Part shown: positions 21,839-33,956 of the stretch, one piece after another
How positions within the stretch are numbered: the stretch's first letter is position 1
Layout of the letters: each line of letters opens with the position of its first letter
Source: Mustelus asterias
Taxonomy: Eukaryota
Direction of reading: 5' to 3'
Assembly (NCBI RefSeq): GCF_964213995.1
Contig: NW_027590141.1
Span: 372,001-436,000 of the forward strand
Length of the DNA: 64,000 nt
Notes under the pieces: model-generated
The model's input: only the letters and a program-made list of their open reading frames with translations
Told to the model about the DNA's origin: nothing
The model's database searches: none
Program-made: the position numbers and the translations under genes

Positions 21839-23687
21839 TAGTCTGACAATTGACAGTGGTTTCATGGTCAGCAGTAGATTCTTAATTCTGATTTTTTTTT
21901 ATTGAATTCAATTATTTTTATTGAATTAAATGTACGAGGCAAGTTTTTTTTTTTACAAAGAGTGGCAGGTGCCTGGAACTCGCTGCCGGGGGAGGTAGTG
22001 GAAGCAGATATGATAGTGACTTTTAAGGGACACTGGACAAATGCATGAATAAGATGGGAATAGAGGGATATGGTCCCCGGAGGCCTGTTTAGTTCAGACG
22101 GGCAGCATAATCAGTGCAGGCTTGGAGGGCCAAAGAGCCTGTTCCTGTGCTATAATTTTCTTTTTTCTTGTTCTTTGTTCAAATTACACCACTTGCTGTG
22201 GTGGGATTTGAACCCGGTCCCCAGAACATTAGCTAAGTTTATGGATTAAGTCTAGGGATAATACCATTGGGCCATCACCTCTCATCTGGAACAAAACTGT
22301 TTTCACTACTAAGGCTCTGCTGTGATGTAATAGTCTCTATGACATCATCGCAGCAGGACTGGATGACATCATCAGAGACCATTGTTTCTGAATGATCCAC
22401 ATCAATAACAACAGGAAATACTCATCAAGCTGAGCACATTATCTAGGCTGACACTGCAGTCTGACACTGAGGGACTGCTGCACTCTGACACACACTGTCC
22501 TTCACATGGAGCTTGTGGAGCTCTGGCCACAACCTTCCAATCCTTATAGAGTCGTAGTGACAAAGGACAGAGAATGTAAATGTTACATCCCTGTTCAAAA
22601 ACACAGCAATTACAGAACAATCAGCTTAACATCAGCGGTGGGGAAAAGCCAATAATCTGGGACACAATCAACTGACACTTGGAAAAGTATGGATTATAAT
22701 TTCCAGTATTTTCTGTTTTTAAATACTGAAAACTTCCCTAGATCTCAAGGCTGGGAGAGACATTCTAGAAAGTATAGGGAGCTGGGACTTGTCCATGATA
22801 AGAAACAATACTTTTCATTTTATGCTAATACAATAATAAGTCAAATTTAAAAAAAATGAGTGTAACTGAAGGTCTGAGACTGAAATAATCTGGAGTTAAA
22901 AGGAGAAAAGAACCAAAAAACAGAAGTCAGTAACAAGACATCAATTAATCTCTTATCCTGGAGAAATCAAGGATTTAACACACCGTGTGTTTGGAACAAA
23001 GCTGATTTATTTAACAGATTTCAGAATATTAAATTCCAGGTCAGTTAGAGATTAACATCAGAAGAAATAAATGTTAATTGTCTGATTGAAGATGGTCGAG
23101 AGGAGATTAATACAGGTATTCAAGATCCTGAGGAATTGGGCAGGTGAAATAGTGAGAAAATGTTCCCACCAAGAGAACATCAAGAACTAGAGGGCACAGA
23201 CCTACGTTAATGGGGAAAACAGAGTCAAAGTGATGCAAGGAAAATTATTTTCACCTCGTGAGTGGTTGGAGTCTGGAATAAACTTCCTGTGAGAGCAGTG
23301 GAGGCAGGTTTGATCAAGGTACTCAAAAGAGAATTGGATTGTTATCTGAAAAGAAAGAGTGTGCAAGGTTACAGAAGTATGGCAGGGGAATGGGATAAGG
23401 CTCTTTCAGTGAGCCAGTGCAGACTTGGTGGGCTGAATGGCCTCTTTCTGTACTGTGAAGAATCGGTGACGAGAGTTCCTGAATGATGGGGAAAGATCAC
23501 AGACAGTGGTTCTTAAAGGGAAATGGCAACCCCAAAAACACAATCAGCTCTCGATCGAGAATATTAAACTCCAGCCCAGCTACAGGGATTATTATCAGCA
23601 GAAACAAACCTCAAATGTCAGAATGAATGTGGCTCACTCCTGGATGTGATTAACAGCAGCAGGTACAGCAGAATCCACTCCCTGCAT

Positions 23688-24221
23688 TCACTCGTGAAGT
23701 CGCTGGTGTGTCACCAGGTGGGAGGAGGTAGTGAATCCCTTCCCACACTCTGAGCAGGTGAATGGTCTCTCCCCAGTGTGAAGTCGCTGATGTGCTTTGA
23801 GGCTGGATGAATGTCTGAAGCTCTTTCCACAGTCAGTGCAGCTGAATGGCCTCTCCTCAGTGTGAACTCGCTGGTGTGTCACAAGGTTGGATGAATTAAT
23901 GAATCGCTTCCCACACACGGAGCAGGTGAACGGCCTCTCTCCAGTGTGAACTCTCCTGTGTAATTGTAGGTTATACATCTGGACGAATCCCTTCCCACAC
24001 ACTGAGCAAGTGTATGGTCTCTCTCCAGTGTGAACTCGCTGGTGTAATGTTAGGCAGGATGATTGAGTAAATTCCTTCCAACACACGGGACACGTGAAGG
24101 GTCTCTCCCCTGTGTGGGTGCGTCGATGAGTTTCCAGTTTGGATGGGCAAGTGAATGCTTTCCCACAGTCTCCACATATCCACGGTTTCTCTATGATGTC
24201 AGTATCATCATGTCTCTCCAT
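23688..24221 (-). CDS. C2H2 zinc-finger protein 4, 6 fingers
   Basis: Intact ORF; acceptor ttttgcag|24522. The ancestral ATG is ATA here and a new ATG lies 27 nt upstream. Confidence 0.85.
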   Translation of the reverse strand: MERHDDTDIIEKPWICGDCGKAFTCPSKLETHRRTHTGERPFTCPVCWKEFTQSSCLTLHQRVHTGERPYTCSVCGKGFVQMYNLQLHRRVHTGERPFTCSVCGKRFINSSNLVTHQRVHTEERPFSCTDCGKSFRHSSSLKAHQRLHTGERPFTCSECGKGFTTSSHLVTHQRLHE

Positions 24222-24669
24222 ATTGAGTGATTAGTTGAAGCCTCGTCCACACACAGAACACATGCACAGATTCACATTGCTATGAATGGTGTGATGTTTT
24301 CTCAGGCTGTGTAACTGGTTAAAGCTCTTTCCACAGTCAGTTCACTGGAAAACTCTCACTCGGGTGTGTGTCTGTCTCAGTGCTTTTCCAGTCACACTGA
24401 TGTTTGAAATCTTTTCCCGCATTCCACATTCAAAGGCTGATCGTGTTCAGGTGCTGGTGAATTGAGCGACTGTTAAATCTTGATTCAATTTTTCTGAGTG
24501 TAAATCTTCCCCATCAAATATCCTGCAAAAGAAGAAGTTTACAAAACTACTGTCAGTCCAGGATAGAAATTCTGATCAGACAAGTCTAATTTCTAAGGAA
24601 CAACTTTTCTGCTCTTGTTCCCCAAAACAGTAAATCTGTCCCATACACTCTCCCTCTTCCCTGAGCAGA

Positions 24670-24990
24670 GGGCGGCATGGTGGCGCAGTGGTTAGCCCTG
24701 TGCCTCACAGCCCCAGTGACCCGATTTGATTCCCAGCTTGGGTCACTGTCTGTGTGGAGTTTGCATGTTCTCCCGTGTCTGCATGGGTTTCCTGCAGGTG
24801 CTCTGGTTTCCTCCCACAGTCCAAACATGTGCGGGTTAGATAGATTGGCTATGCTAAATTACCCCTGAGTATCAGGGGGGCTAGCTAGGATAAATGCATG
24901 TGGTAATGGGGATAGGGCCTGGGTCGGATTGTGGTCAGTGCAGACTCAATGGGCCAAATGGCCTCCCTCTGCACTGTAGAATTCTATGAG
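24670..24990 (+). mobile_element. V-SINE (HE1-like)
   Basis: tRNA head, V-domain and CR1-like tail. A second, minus-strand copy at about 25180-25472. Confidence 0.8.
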
Positions 24991-25559
24991 ATCCAAATGA
25001 AATGCGTATTTTTCATGCATCCTTACAACTAATTTGTACAAATCACTCCAAGGCCTGTTCCTATCTCTGGAATCACCTCTAACACTGTGCTGATTCTGGT
25101 TTCCTGCACATTCCCTATTTTAATCACTCCACCATTAGTGACTAGACCTTCAGTGCACAAGGATGACTTCTCAAAGAATTCCTACAGTGCAGAAGGAAAC
25201 CATTTAGCCCATCAAGTCTACACTGACTCTGAATATTTTACCCCTGATCTGTACCCCACTAATCCCCCTTACCCGCACATCTTTGGACACGAAGGGGCAA
25301 TATAGCATGGCCAATTCCCCTAAACGTCACATCTTTGGGCGGTGGGAGGAAACCGGAGCACCCAGAGGAAACCCACAGTCACAGGGATAACGTGCAAACT
25401 CCGCACAGACAGTGACCCAAGGCTGGGATCGAACCTGGGTCCCTGGAGCTGTGAGGCAGCAGTGCTAACCACCCTGATATTAATGGTGTTATACAAATAG
25501 AAGTTGTTGTTGGCTGTAACCCTAACTTCCGGTTTTACAACAACACATCGATTTTGTTA

Positions 25560-26620
25560 TGAAATCAAACTCTGATTTTTTTTGTTCCCGTGGGTTATTC
25601 ATTTGGTTTCACCCTCAACAAATACGGTGGCTGCGCATGCGTTGTTCCAATTTACCTCAATAAAGATGGCGGATGCGCATGCGCTTTGCAGTACACGGAC
25701 CTTTATAAAGATGGCGGATTTGAACTCCGGCCTGAAACCATCAGAAGGTCTGAGGAATTTGCTTCGCAAATTGAGGGACTGTGGCCGACACCGGGTGTTT
25801 ATAAAGCCTCACCATCCACCCGCAAACTCCATTTATGTTTCCGGTTTTATTTCAGGCTCTGGATCTGCACTCGGTCTTTGTAAAAATCTCCATTTAAAAC
25901 CCGCTCGCTCGAGCTCCTTACCGTCTGCCGCAGGCACTGCGCATGCTCCAGCTCCAACCAGGATGGGGCCGTGAACCTGGGCCTGTTCCCGGGAGGGAGG
26001 GAGGGAGAAGCCCCGCAGCTGCAAACCAGGGAGCTGACAATGATTCTGAAGGGTTTGCGGATCCTCCCCAATCTCCAACCGCCGGCTCCAGCGCTTCACC
26101 CGGTGCTGAAATATTTGCTCCAGCCCCGCCCCTCATTCACTCCGATTGGTTGGGGGACCAGCCGCTCCCGCTCGGTCCTCCAGCACCGCCCCCTCTTCCT
26201 ATTGGTCCGGAGCTGCCGTCAATCAGTGCCCGGGCATTGTGATGTGGTGCATGCGCAGTGTCATTGCTGGCCTTGGCGCTTGTTTGTCCCGGAGAAGCGG
26301 AGTCAGCGTTAGGCGGTGGCTGGGAGGATTTGGAAACACTTTGTGGATCCGCAAACCCTTCAGAATCATTGTCAGCTCCCTGGTTTGCAGCTGCGGGGCT
26401 TCTCCCTCCCTCCCTCCCTCCCGGGAACAGGCCCAGGTTAACGGCCCCATCCTGGCTCAGCCACTGGAGGATGGTTCACATCAGAGGATGGGGGAGGGGG
26501 ACAATAAATAAGAGGTTACACTTTGGCCTCAAATCAATGAGGACTCTGATCTCTGGGAAGGAAGGAAACCCTGGGAGGTGGGCGGGGAGGATTCACAAAC
26601 ACCCGCTGGAGGCCCCAACA
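25560..26620. promoter_or_regulatory. Bidirectional CpG-island promoter between divergent ZNF4 and ZNF5
   Basis: AAGATGGCGG (YY1) twice, TGCGCATGC (NRF1) several times, ATTGG boxes, GC boxes and a long inverted repeat. Confidence 0.7.
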
Positions 26621-26683
26621 CCCCCAATAAGACCCATTGGTTTTATTGTCAGTCTGCAGACAGGAGCTGGAGAACTGAACCCA

Positions 26684-26806
26684 TGATGTGGAGATGCTGG
26701 CGTTGGACTGGGGTAAACACAGTAAGAGTTTTAACAACACCAGGTTAAAGTCCAACAGGTTTATTTGGTAGCAAAAGCCACAAGCTTTCGGAGCCTTAAG
26801 CTCCTT
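26684..26806 (-). mobile_element. Penelope pLTR fragment truncated inside the hammerhead
   Basis: Matches 33823-33945; stem II and GAAA are present but CTGAAGA is absent. Confidence 0.8.
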
Positions 26807-27400
26807 GCTGTGAAGTAGCTGAAGGCTCCGAGAACTGAACCCAGACAGAGGAGAGGGAGGGAGAAAACTGGGAGTGGAGGAAAGAGATGGTGGAGATGGT
26901 GAGCTGGGTTTGGATTTCAGCCCAGGGAGGAGGGAGTGTGTGTGGGACCGGGATTTACAGATTTGGGGGAACAAGAGAGGAAAAAATGTTCCAGAGAAAC
27001 GAGAATTGTCTGTTCTGAATTTCTATCTGGATTGACAGTGATGACTTTTGTAAATTACTTTTACAGGTGAGGTGAGGAAACATCACATCAAAATCAGACA
27101 GAGTCTCGATTCATTCGGACCTGAATATCCTCAGACTTTGAACGTGGAAGGAGAAATGTTTGTCTGTTCTGCCTGGAAGAGAAAATTTCAAACATCTGTG
27201 TGACTGGAAAAGCCAAGACACACACACATACCCGAGTGAGTGTGTTCCAGTGAACTAACTGTGGAAAGAGCTTTATCCAGTTACGCAGCCTGAAAAAACA
27301 TCACAGCATTCACAGCGAGGAGAAACGATACACGTATTCTGTGTGTGGACAAGGCTTCAACTGATGATCCAACCTGGAGAAACATAAGGACACCAGCACC

Positions 27401-28324
27401 ATGGAGAAACCGTGGAAATGTGGGGACTGTGGGAAAGGATTCAGTTACCCTTCCCTGCTGGAAAACCATCGGCGCAGTCACACTGGTGAGAGACCGTTCA
27501 CCTGTTCTGTCTGTGGGGAGGGATTCATTCAGTCATCTGGCCTTTGGTCTCACCAGAGAATTCACACTGAGGAAAAGCCATTCACCTGCACCTCCTGTGG
27601 GAAGAGGTTCAGGCATTCTTCAGCACTCACTGTGCACCAACGCAGTCACACCGGGGAGAGACCATTCATCTGCTCCGTGTGTGGGAAGGGATTCACTCAG
27701 TCATTCCACCTGCTGTCACACCAGCGAGTTCATACTGGGGAGAGGCCGTTCACCTGCTCCGACTGTGGGAAGGGATTCACTGGGTCATCCCACTTACTGT
27801 CACACCAGCGAGTTCACATTGAGGAGAAGCCATTCAGCTGCACTGACTGTGGACGGAGTTTCAGACAGGCATCCTCCCTCATTGCACACCAGCGAATTCA
27901 CACTGGGGAGAGACCGTTTACTTGCTTTGTGTGTGGAAAGGGATTCACAGTTTTACCCACACTGCTGAGACACCAGAAAATTCACACTGAAGAGAAGCCA
28001 TTCAGCTGCACTGACTGTGGAAAGAATTTCAGGCAGTCATCCAACCTCACTGCTCACCGACGCACTCACACTGCAGAGAGACCATTCACATGCTCCGTGT
28101 GTGGGAAGGGATTCAATCGGCCATCCAACCTCTCTGCTCACCAGCGAGTTCACACAGGGGAGAGGCCATTCACTTGCTCCGTGTGTGGGAAAGGATTCGC
28201 AAAGTCTTTCAACCTGCTGGCTCACCAATGCACTCACACTAAGAGGCCATTCAACTGCTCTGTGTGTGGGAAGGGATTCACTCAGTCACAATGGCTCCTG
28301 AGACATCAACAAGTTCACAAGTGA
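27401..28324 (+). CDS. C2H2 zinc-finger protein 5, 11 fingers
   Basis: Intact ORF from ACC-ATG-G; acceptor ttacag|27067. Confidence 0.9.
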   Translation: MEKPWKCGDCGKGFSYPSLLENHRRSHTGERPFTCSVCGEGFIQSSGLWSHQRIHTEEKPFTCTSCGKRFRHSSALTVHQRSHTGERPFICSVCGKGFTQSFHLLSHQRVHTGERPFTCSDCGKGFTGSSHLLSHQRVHIEEKPFSCTDCGRSFRQASSLIAHQRIHTGERPFTCFVCGKGFTVLPTLLRHQKIHTEEKPFSCTDCGKNFRQSSNLTAHRRTHTAERPFTCSVCGKGFNRPSNLSAHQRVHTGERPFTCSVCGKGFAKSFNLLAHQCTHTKRPFNCSVCGKGFTQSQWLLRHQQVHK

Positions 28325-28446
28325 CTGCAGGGGTTGGATTTTGCTGTTTTTGCTGCTGTTCAGTATTGACAGTCTGACAATATTTTATTTCTGCTGATGT
28401 TAACAAACCCTATAACTAGCTGGAATTTAATATTCTGGGATATTCA

Positions 28447-28797
28447 GGGCGGCATGGTAGCACAGTGGTTAGCACTGCTGCTTCACAGCTCCAGGGTCCT
28501 GGGTTCGATTCCTGGCTCGGGTCACTGTCTGTGTGGAGTTTGCACATTCTCCTCGTGTCTGCGTGGGTTTCCTCCGGGTGCTCCGGTTTCCTCCCACAGT
28601 CCAAAGATGTGCGGGTTAGGTTGATTGGCCAGGTTAAAAATTGCCCCTTAAGAGTCCTGAGATGCATAGGTTAGAGGGATTAGCGGGTAAATATGTGGGG
28701 GTAGGGCCTGGGTGGGATTGTGGTCGGTGCAGACTCGATGGGCCGAATGGCCTCCTTCTGCACTGTAGGGTTTCTATGATTTCTATGATTTCTATGA
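28447..28797 (+). mobile_element. Full-length V-SINE (HE1-like) in the ZNF5 3' trailer
   Basis: A box TAGCACAGTGG, B box GGTTCGATTCC, V-domain and (ttctatga)n tail. Confidence 0.9.
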
Positions 28798-29931
28798 AAT
28801 GTCACTTTTTAAAAGCAACACCTGTGATCTTCCCCCTTAATTGAAGAACTCTCAACAGGAACCTGTTTAGAATAAAATTAAGAACTTTTGTTTCAATTCT
28901 AATTTGATCTTTGGGGCAAAATCTACAATTCATTCTCTGAAAGATCCATCTGCAGGGCACAAAGTATTTATTTTCAATGCTTGTATTGAGATTTTCTGGA
29001 AAGCTGCTCTTCGATTTTTAAGGGCTATTTTTTGGTTTCCAGGGGATCGTTTTCCATTCTCAGTAACTCCTTTATGAGTGATGTAGTCACGTAGTAACAT
29101 TACCTTTTGTGTTTCTGTTAGTTTACTTCTTCAGATAAGGTAACACAAATACTGAAGACTGTGTATATATTAAATCTTTTAAATTGGAATCTATGAATGA
29201 TATTTTTTGTGAATTTATTTTTAAAATACTCCCATACTCTCTTTCCAAAATGAGAATTCTAACTATTTGACACAAGGTAACGGAATCAGATGTTTACTGG
29301 TTCAGACGGTGGAGCAGGAAAAAACTCTCCCGATTCTGATCTTCATTGTGTGTGGATTTACATTGATAACCCATCAATAACCTCACTACACCAGCTGAGA
29401 TCAGCTCTGACCGGGGATTCTGTATGTTGTCTGTGAACGTTAAACTGCAAATAAAAGCAGTTTAGAATATGAACCTGGATGAATGGATTTCAATTTCTAA
29501 TGTGATGACCCAAGTGATTGGTAAGTATGTTCACAATATCTGGTTACTCAAATTCCTGAGTTGTACACCCCACCTTCTGAGATATATAAAAATAATCAAG
29601 ACTTGTTCAGCAGAATGGGGAAAGCTCTGCCGATGGTTGGATCATTCCTTTTGAGGCTCTCACTGCTATGAAACTAGTTCTGTAGCAGGAAGACACAACT
29701 CCTCCACATGTCACCGATAGGCTGCTGAGTCAGTGAACTTCTTTTCTCAAAATAGGTGGCAAAGCTGTTCCTCCAGTTTGAGACTCTGTCTCTGCAGATG
29801 TAGCAACACCGGGAGAGACAGAATCTGTGATTGGAGGAGATGGTCCTCACAGTTTCTGTCTCTCCCATGTACAGGATGATTTATTTTCTTCCAGTAGTTC
29901 CTCCCAAGACAGAATTTCTGCGGGCCTTTTG

Positions 29932-30525
29932 GCAAGTCATGTTGCAGCTTTATAGAACCTCAGTTAGGCCGCACTTGGAATCTAGTGTCCAATTCTGGTC
30001 GCCGCACTACCAGAAAGATGTGGAGGCTTTGGAGAGGGTGGAGAGGGTACAGAAAAGATCTACCAGGATGTTGCCTGGCATGGAGGGCATTAGCTATGAG
30101 GAGAGGTTGGAGAAACTTGGCTTGTTCTCACTGGAACGACGCAGGTTGAGGGCGATCTGACAAAGTCTACAAGATTGTGAGGGGCTTGGGCAGAGTGGAT
30201 AGAAGCTTTTTCCCAGAGTAGAAGAATCAATTACTCGGGGGCTTAGGTTTAAGGTGCGAGGGGCAAAGTTTAAAGGAGATGTACGAGGCAGATCTTTTAC
30301 CCAGAGGGTGGTGGGTGCCTGGAACTCGCTGCCGGGGGAGGTAGTGGAAGCAGATACAATAGTGACTTTTAAGGGGCGTCTTGACAAATACATGAATAGG
30401 ATGGGAATGGAGGGATATGGTCCCCAGAAGGGTAGGGGGTTTCAGTTCAGTTAGGCAGCGTGGTTGGTGCAGGCTTGGAGGGTCGAAGGGATGTTCCTGT
30501 GCTGTAATTTTCTTTGTTTTCTTTT
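29932..30525 (+). mobile_element. CR1 LINE 3' part
   Basis: VMLQLYRTSVRPHLESSVQFWSPHYQKD... Confidence 0.88.
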
Positions 30526-31254
30526 GAGGGTGAATTCACCATCCACAGCTGTTCATTTTGAACCCTGGTTTGAAATATTCTCACTCTGGGTTTAAGGCTT
30601 CCTGGCGTAATACACACATTTAGATCTTACCACCAACCACCAATTCATATCCTCATCCGAGTCCCAGATTTAAATGTGGTTGTCCAAACTAGAAAACATA
30701 TATAATTTGACTCTTTTTAAACCTGATTCACCACAGGTGAATCAGGTTTAAAACTAACTACAAGAGATTGTGTTTGGGACCAGTTGTTCCATTAAAGTCT
30801 GTGTTGTTCTCAATGATGACAGTTTTAACCTCTCCATAACCTGTCATAACCCTTCTGCCCTCCAGGGGGCTCTGTTTTTCTGATGGTGACATTCCCTGTT
30901 TACCCAGTCAGCCCTTGAATTGTTTGTGAATCCAGTCACATGTCGGTTAGACTGGATCAGGACGGCAGATTTCCTTCCTTAAAGGGCATTACAGAACCAG
31001 ATGTGTTTTTACAACAATTAATTCATGCTCATCAATATTTTTGTTGAAACGTGGTGGGATTCAAACCCAGGTCCCAAAATCATTAGAATAAAAAGAGAAA
31101 ATGCTGGATAAACTCAGCAGGTCGGTTCTTTTCAGAACTCCAGCATCTGCTGGATTTTGCTTTACCTCCAAATCATTCCCCTGGATTACTCCTGCTCTGG
31201 CTCTAATTCCAGTCAGCTCAGACAACAAAAACAGGTTTCACAAAATCACAAACA

Positions 31255-32080
31255 TTTAAAAAAGGAGGTAGACAAAAGGCAGGTAACTATAGGCTGGTTA
31301 GCTTAACTTCTGTAGGAGGGAAAATGCTTGGATCTATCATCAGGGAAGAAATAGCGAGACATCTGGATATAAATTGTCCCATTGGTAAGACGCAGCATGG
31401 GTTCATGAAGGGCAGGTCATGTTTGACTAATTTGGTGGAATTCATTGAGAACATTACATGTGCAGTGGACAATGGGGAACTTGTGGATGTGGTGTATCTG
31501 GATTTCCAGAAGGCATTTGACAAGGTGCCGCACCAAAGACTGCTGCATAAGATAAACATGCACAGTTGTACGGGTAATGTATTAGCATGGATAGAGGATT
31601 GGTTAACTAACAGAAAGCAAAGAGTGGGGGTAAATGGGTGTTTTTCTGGTTGGCGATCAGTGACTAGTGGTTTGCCTCAGGGATCAGTGTTGGGACCGCA
31701 ATTGTTCACGATTTACATCGATGATTTGGAGGTGGGGACCAAGAGTAGTGTGTCAAAATTCGCAGATGACACTAAGAGCAAAGTGTGCAGAGGACGCTGA
31801 AAGTCTGCAAAGGGATATAGATAATTTAAGTGAGTGGGCGAGGGTCTGGCAGATGGAGTACAATGTTGGTAATTGTGAGGTCATCCATTTTGGTAGGAAT
31901 AACAGCAAAATGGACTATTATTTAAATGGTAAAAAATTGCAGCATGCTGCTGTGCAGAGGGACCTGGGTGTCCTTGTGCAGGAATCTCAAAGAGTTGGTT
32001 TGCAGGTGCAACAGGTAATTAAGAAGGCAAATGGAATTTTGTCCTTCATTGCTAGAGGGATGGAGTTTAAAAACAGCAAG
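31255..32080 (+). mobile_element. CR1 LINE RT-core fragment
   Basis: [46 protein letters not shown]. Confidence 0.92.
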
Positions 32081-32740
32081 ATTCATCCGTTGTGGGAGAA
32101 AACCAGAGCACCTGGAGGAAACCCACACAGACATGGAGGAAAGCTGCTGGATTATCATAAAAACCCAAGGGGTATGCTGATGTCTGTCAAGAAAGGAAAT
32201 CTGGCACCTGGTCTAGAGTGGAGACAGAGAGAAGTAGAAGGGGCCGGGGTGAAGGAGAGGGATTTTATACATCTAGAACTCAATGAGAACTTTGACAGAA
32301 TCTCCCAAATCCTCAACCTCCACCACCTAGAAGGACCGAGGTAGTAGGTAGATGTGAACGCCATCACCTCCAAGATCCCTCCCCCGCCCAACTCACACAC
32401 AATCCTGACTTGTCTGACATCCAGTACTAAAAGAACTGAAACTTCTTTCATAAACACTGGGAAGACTGAACCCATTGTCTTCAGTCCCCACTACAAACTC
32501 CACTCCCTCGCCAGCAACTCTATCTTCCTGGTAACTGTCTGAGGCTGAACCATGGTGAAATATTTCACCCCAAGATGAGCTTCCAACCACATTGCCACAT
32601 CATCATCAAAACCGCCTATTCCCATCTCAGTGATAGTGCCCGACTCCACCCCAGTCTCACTTCATCTGGAACTCTCATCCATTCCAATGTGACGTGGAAC
32701 TCAAGGGAATGGAACTGACCAAATTGCTCCACAGAGAGTT

Positions 32741-32912
32741 CAGTAAGTCTCACAACACCAGGTTAAAGTCCAACAGGTTTATTTGGAATCATGAGCTTTT
32801 GGAGCACTGCTCCTTCCTCAGGTCACTCACCTGATGGACTGTAACCTGGTGTTGTGAGACTTCTTACTATGCCCAACTCAGTCCAATGCCGGCATCTCCA
32901 CATCATGGCTAC
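32741..32912. mobile_element. Pair of inverted Penelope pLTR fragments
   Basis: Minus piece 32741-32824 with a mutated hammerhead (AAAA for GAAA), followed by a plus piece. Confidence 0.7.
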
Positions 32913-33089
32913 CACGCAGAGTTAGCATGGATTTAAGTTGCCAAATGCATTTCCTTCTATGTTGTAATCTCTGCATCACTGGAAATTGATAAAGCAGCCA
33001 CACTGCTGTATATTTCAAGACAAAAAATATGGGATCATAAATAACATATCTCTCTCCCATACAAATTTACTGTTGATTTAAATGTTAGC

Positions 33090-33822
33090 CCTCTTCTGGG
33101 AAAACTGAATTGTGAACATTGGGTAAGAGGCTACCCTATTAGCCAGATAAACTGAGGGAACTAAAAGATGTCAATGTCTTTGAGAGAGAAACAAAAATAT
33201 ACCTGGGCCTAGTCCTGTTCCTGAATCCGGTCTTCATCTGTAACCTTTCCAGAGTCTGCAGCCTCCCTGGATTCACTTCCTTTCCCTTCAGTTGCTGCAA
33301 GTCCCCAATTTCCCCCAGAATGAGAAAAGAAATGGAAAGGGGGAAACATTGATTTCCTCCCAGATGTTGCCCAGAGGAGGGAGTTTGGACAACTTCCGCA
33401 TTGTGACATCATAATAGAGTTCTGCCTAAATCAGCCAATGGGAATCATTCTGCTCCGCGATGACGTCTCTGGGTTCCAGTGCGCAGGCCCGGGCGCGCGG
33501 ACCCGGGAGCCCCGCCCCCACCCATTTTTCCCCCTCCCCCTCCACCTCTTCCAGCCACGGTTTCCAATCAACCGGCTGACGGCTCCGACCAGAGCGAGAA
33601 GCCGCGTCGTGATCGCCCCCTCCCTCGGCCCGGGACTGCGCATGTCCAAGGGAGAGGGGAAGATGCGCATGTGCGGGGGGAGCCAACCATTTGACCTGTA
33701 TGCTGAGGTGTTGGCCAATGGAAAGTTGGAGGACCGGAAGTTCTCTGGTCCTCCAGCCAATCAGAGCTCCCCCATTGTCTGAATGCGGAAGTGGACAATG
33801 AGCTTGTTCGGCTGCTCATTCC
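33090..33822. promoter_or_regulatory. CpG promoter paralogous to 2560-3340
   Basis: Shared blocks (ccagagtctgcagcctccctggattcac...; tggaggacc..ggtcctccagccaatca; gaatgcggaagtg.acaatgagcttgttc.gctgctca). Confidence 0.7.
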
Positions 33823-33919
33823 TGATGTGGAGATGCCGGCGTTGGACTGGGGTAAACACAGTAAGAAGTTTAACAACACCAGGTTAAAGTCCAACAGGTT
33901 TATTTGGTAGCAAAAGCCA

Positions 33920-33956
33920 CACAAGCTTTCGAGGCTCTAAGCCCCTTCTTCAGGTG
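33920..33956 (-). ncRNA. Minimal type I hammerhead ribozyme motif
   Basis: CAC-CTGAAGA-A-GGGGCT-TAG-AGCCTC-GAAA-GC-TT-GTG. Confidence 0.75.

Noticed and set aside
22310-22385. Paired TGACATCA motifs
   Set aside because: Short motifs without supporting context.
27345-28301. Alternate-frame ORFs over ZNF arrays ([12 protein letters not shown] repeats; also 6386, 38662, 52864)
   Set aside because: Shadow frames expected from repetitive finger codons.
28447-28520. tRNA-like sequences with A/B boxes
   Set aside because: SINE heads continuing into V-domain and LINE tail, not tRNA genes.
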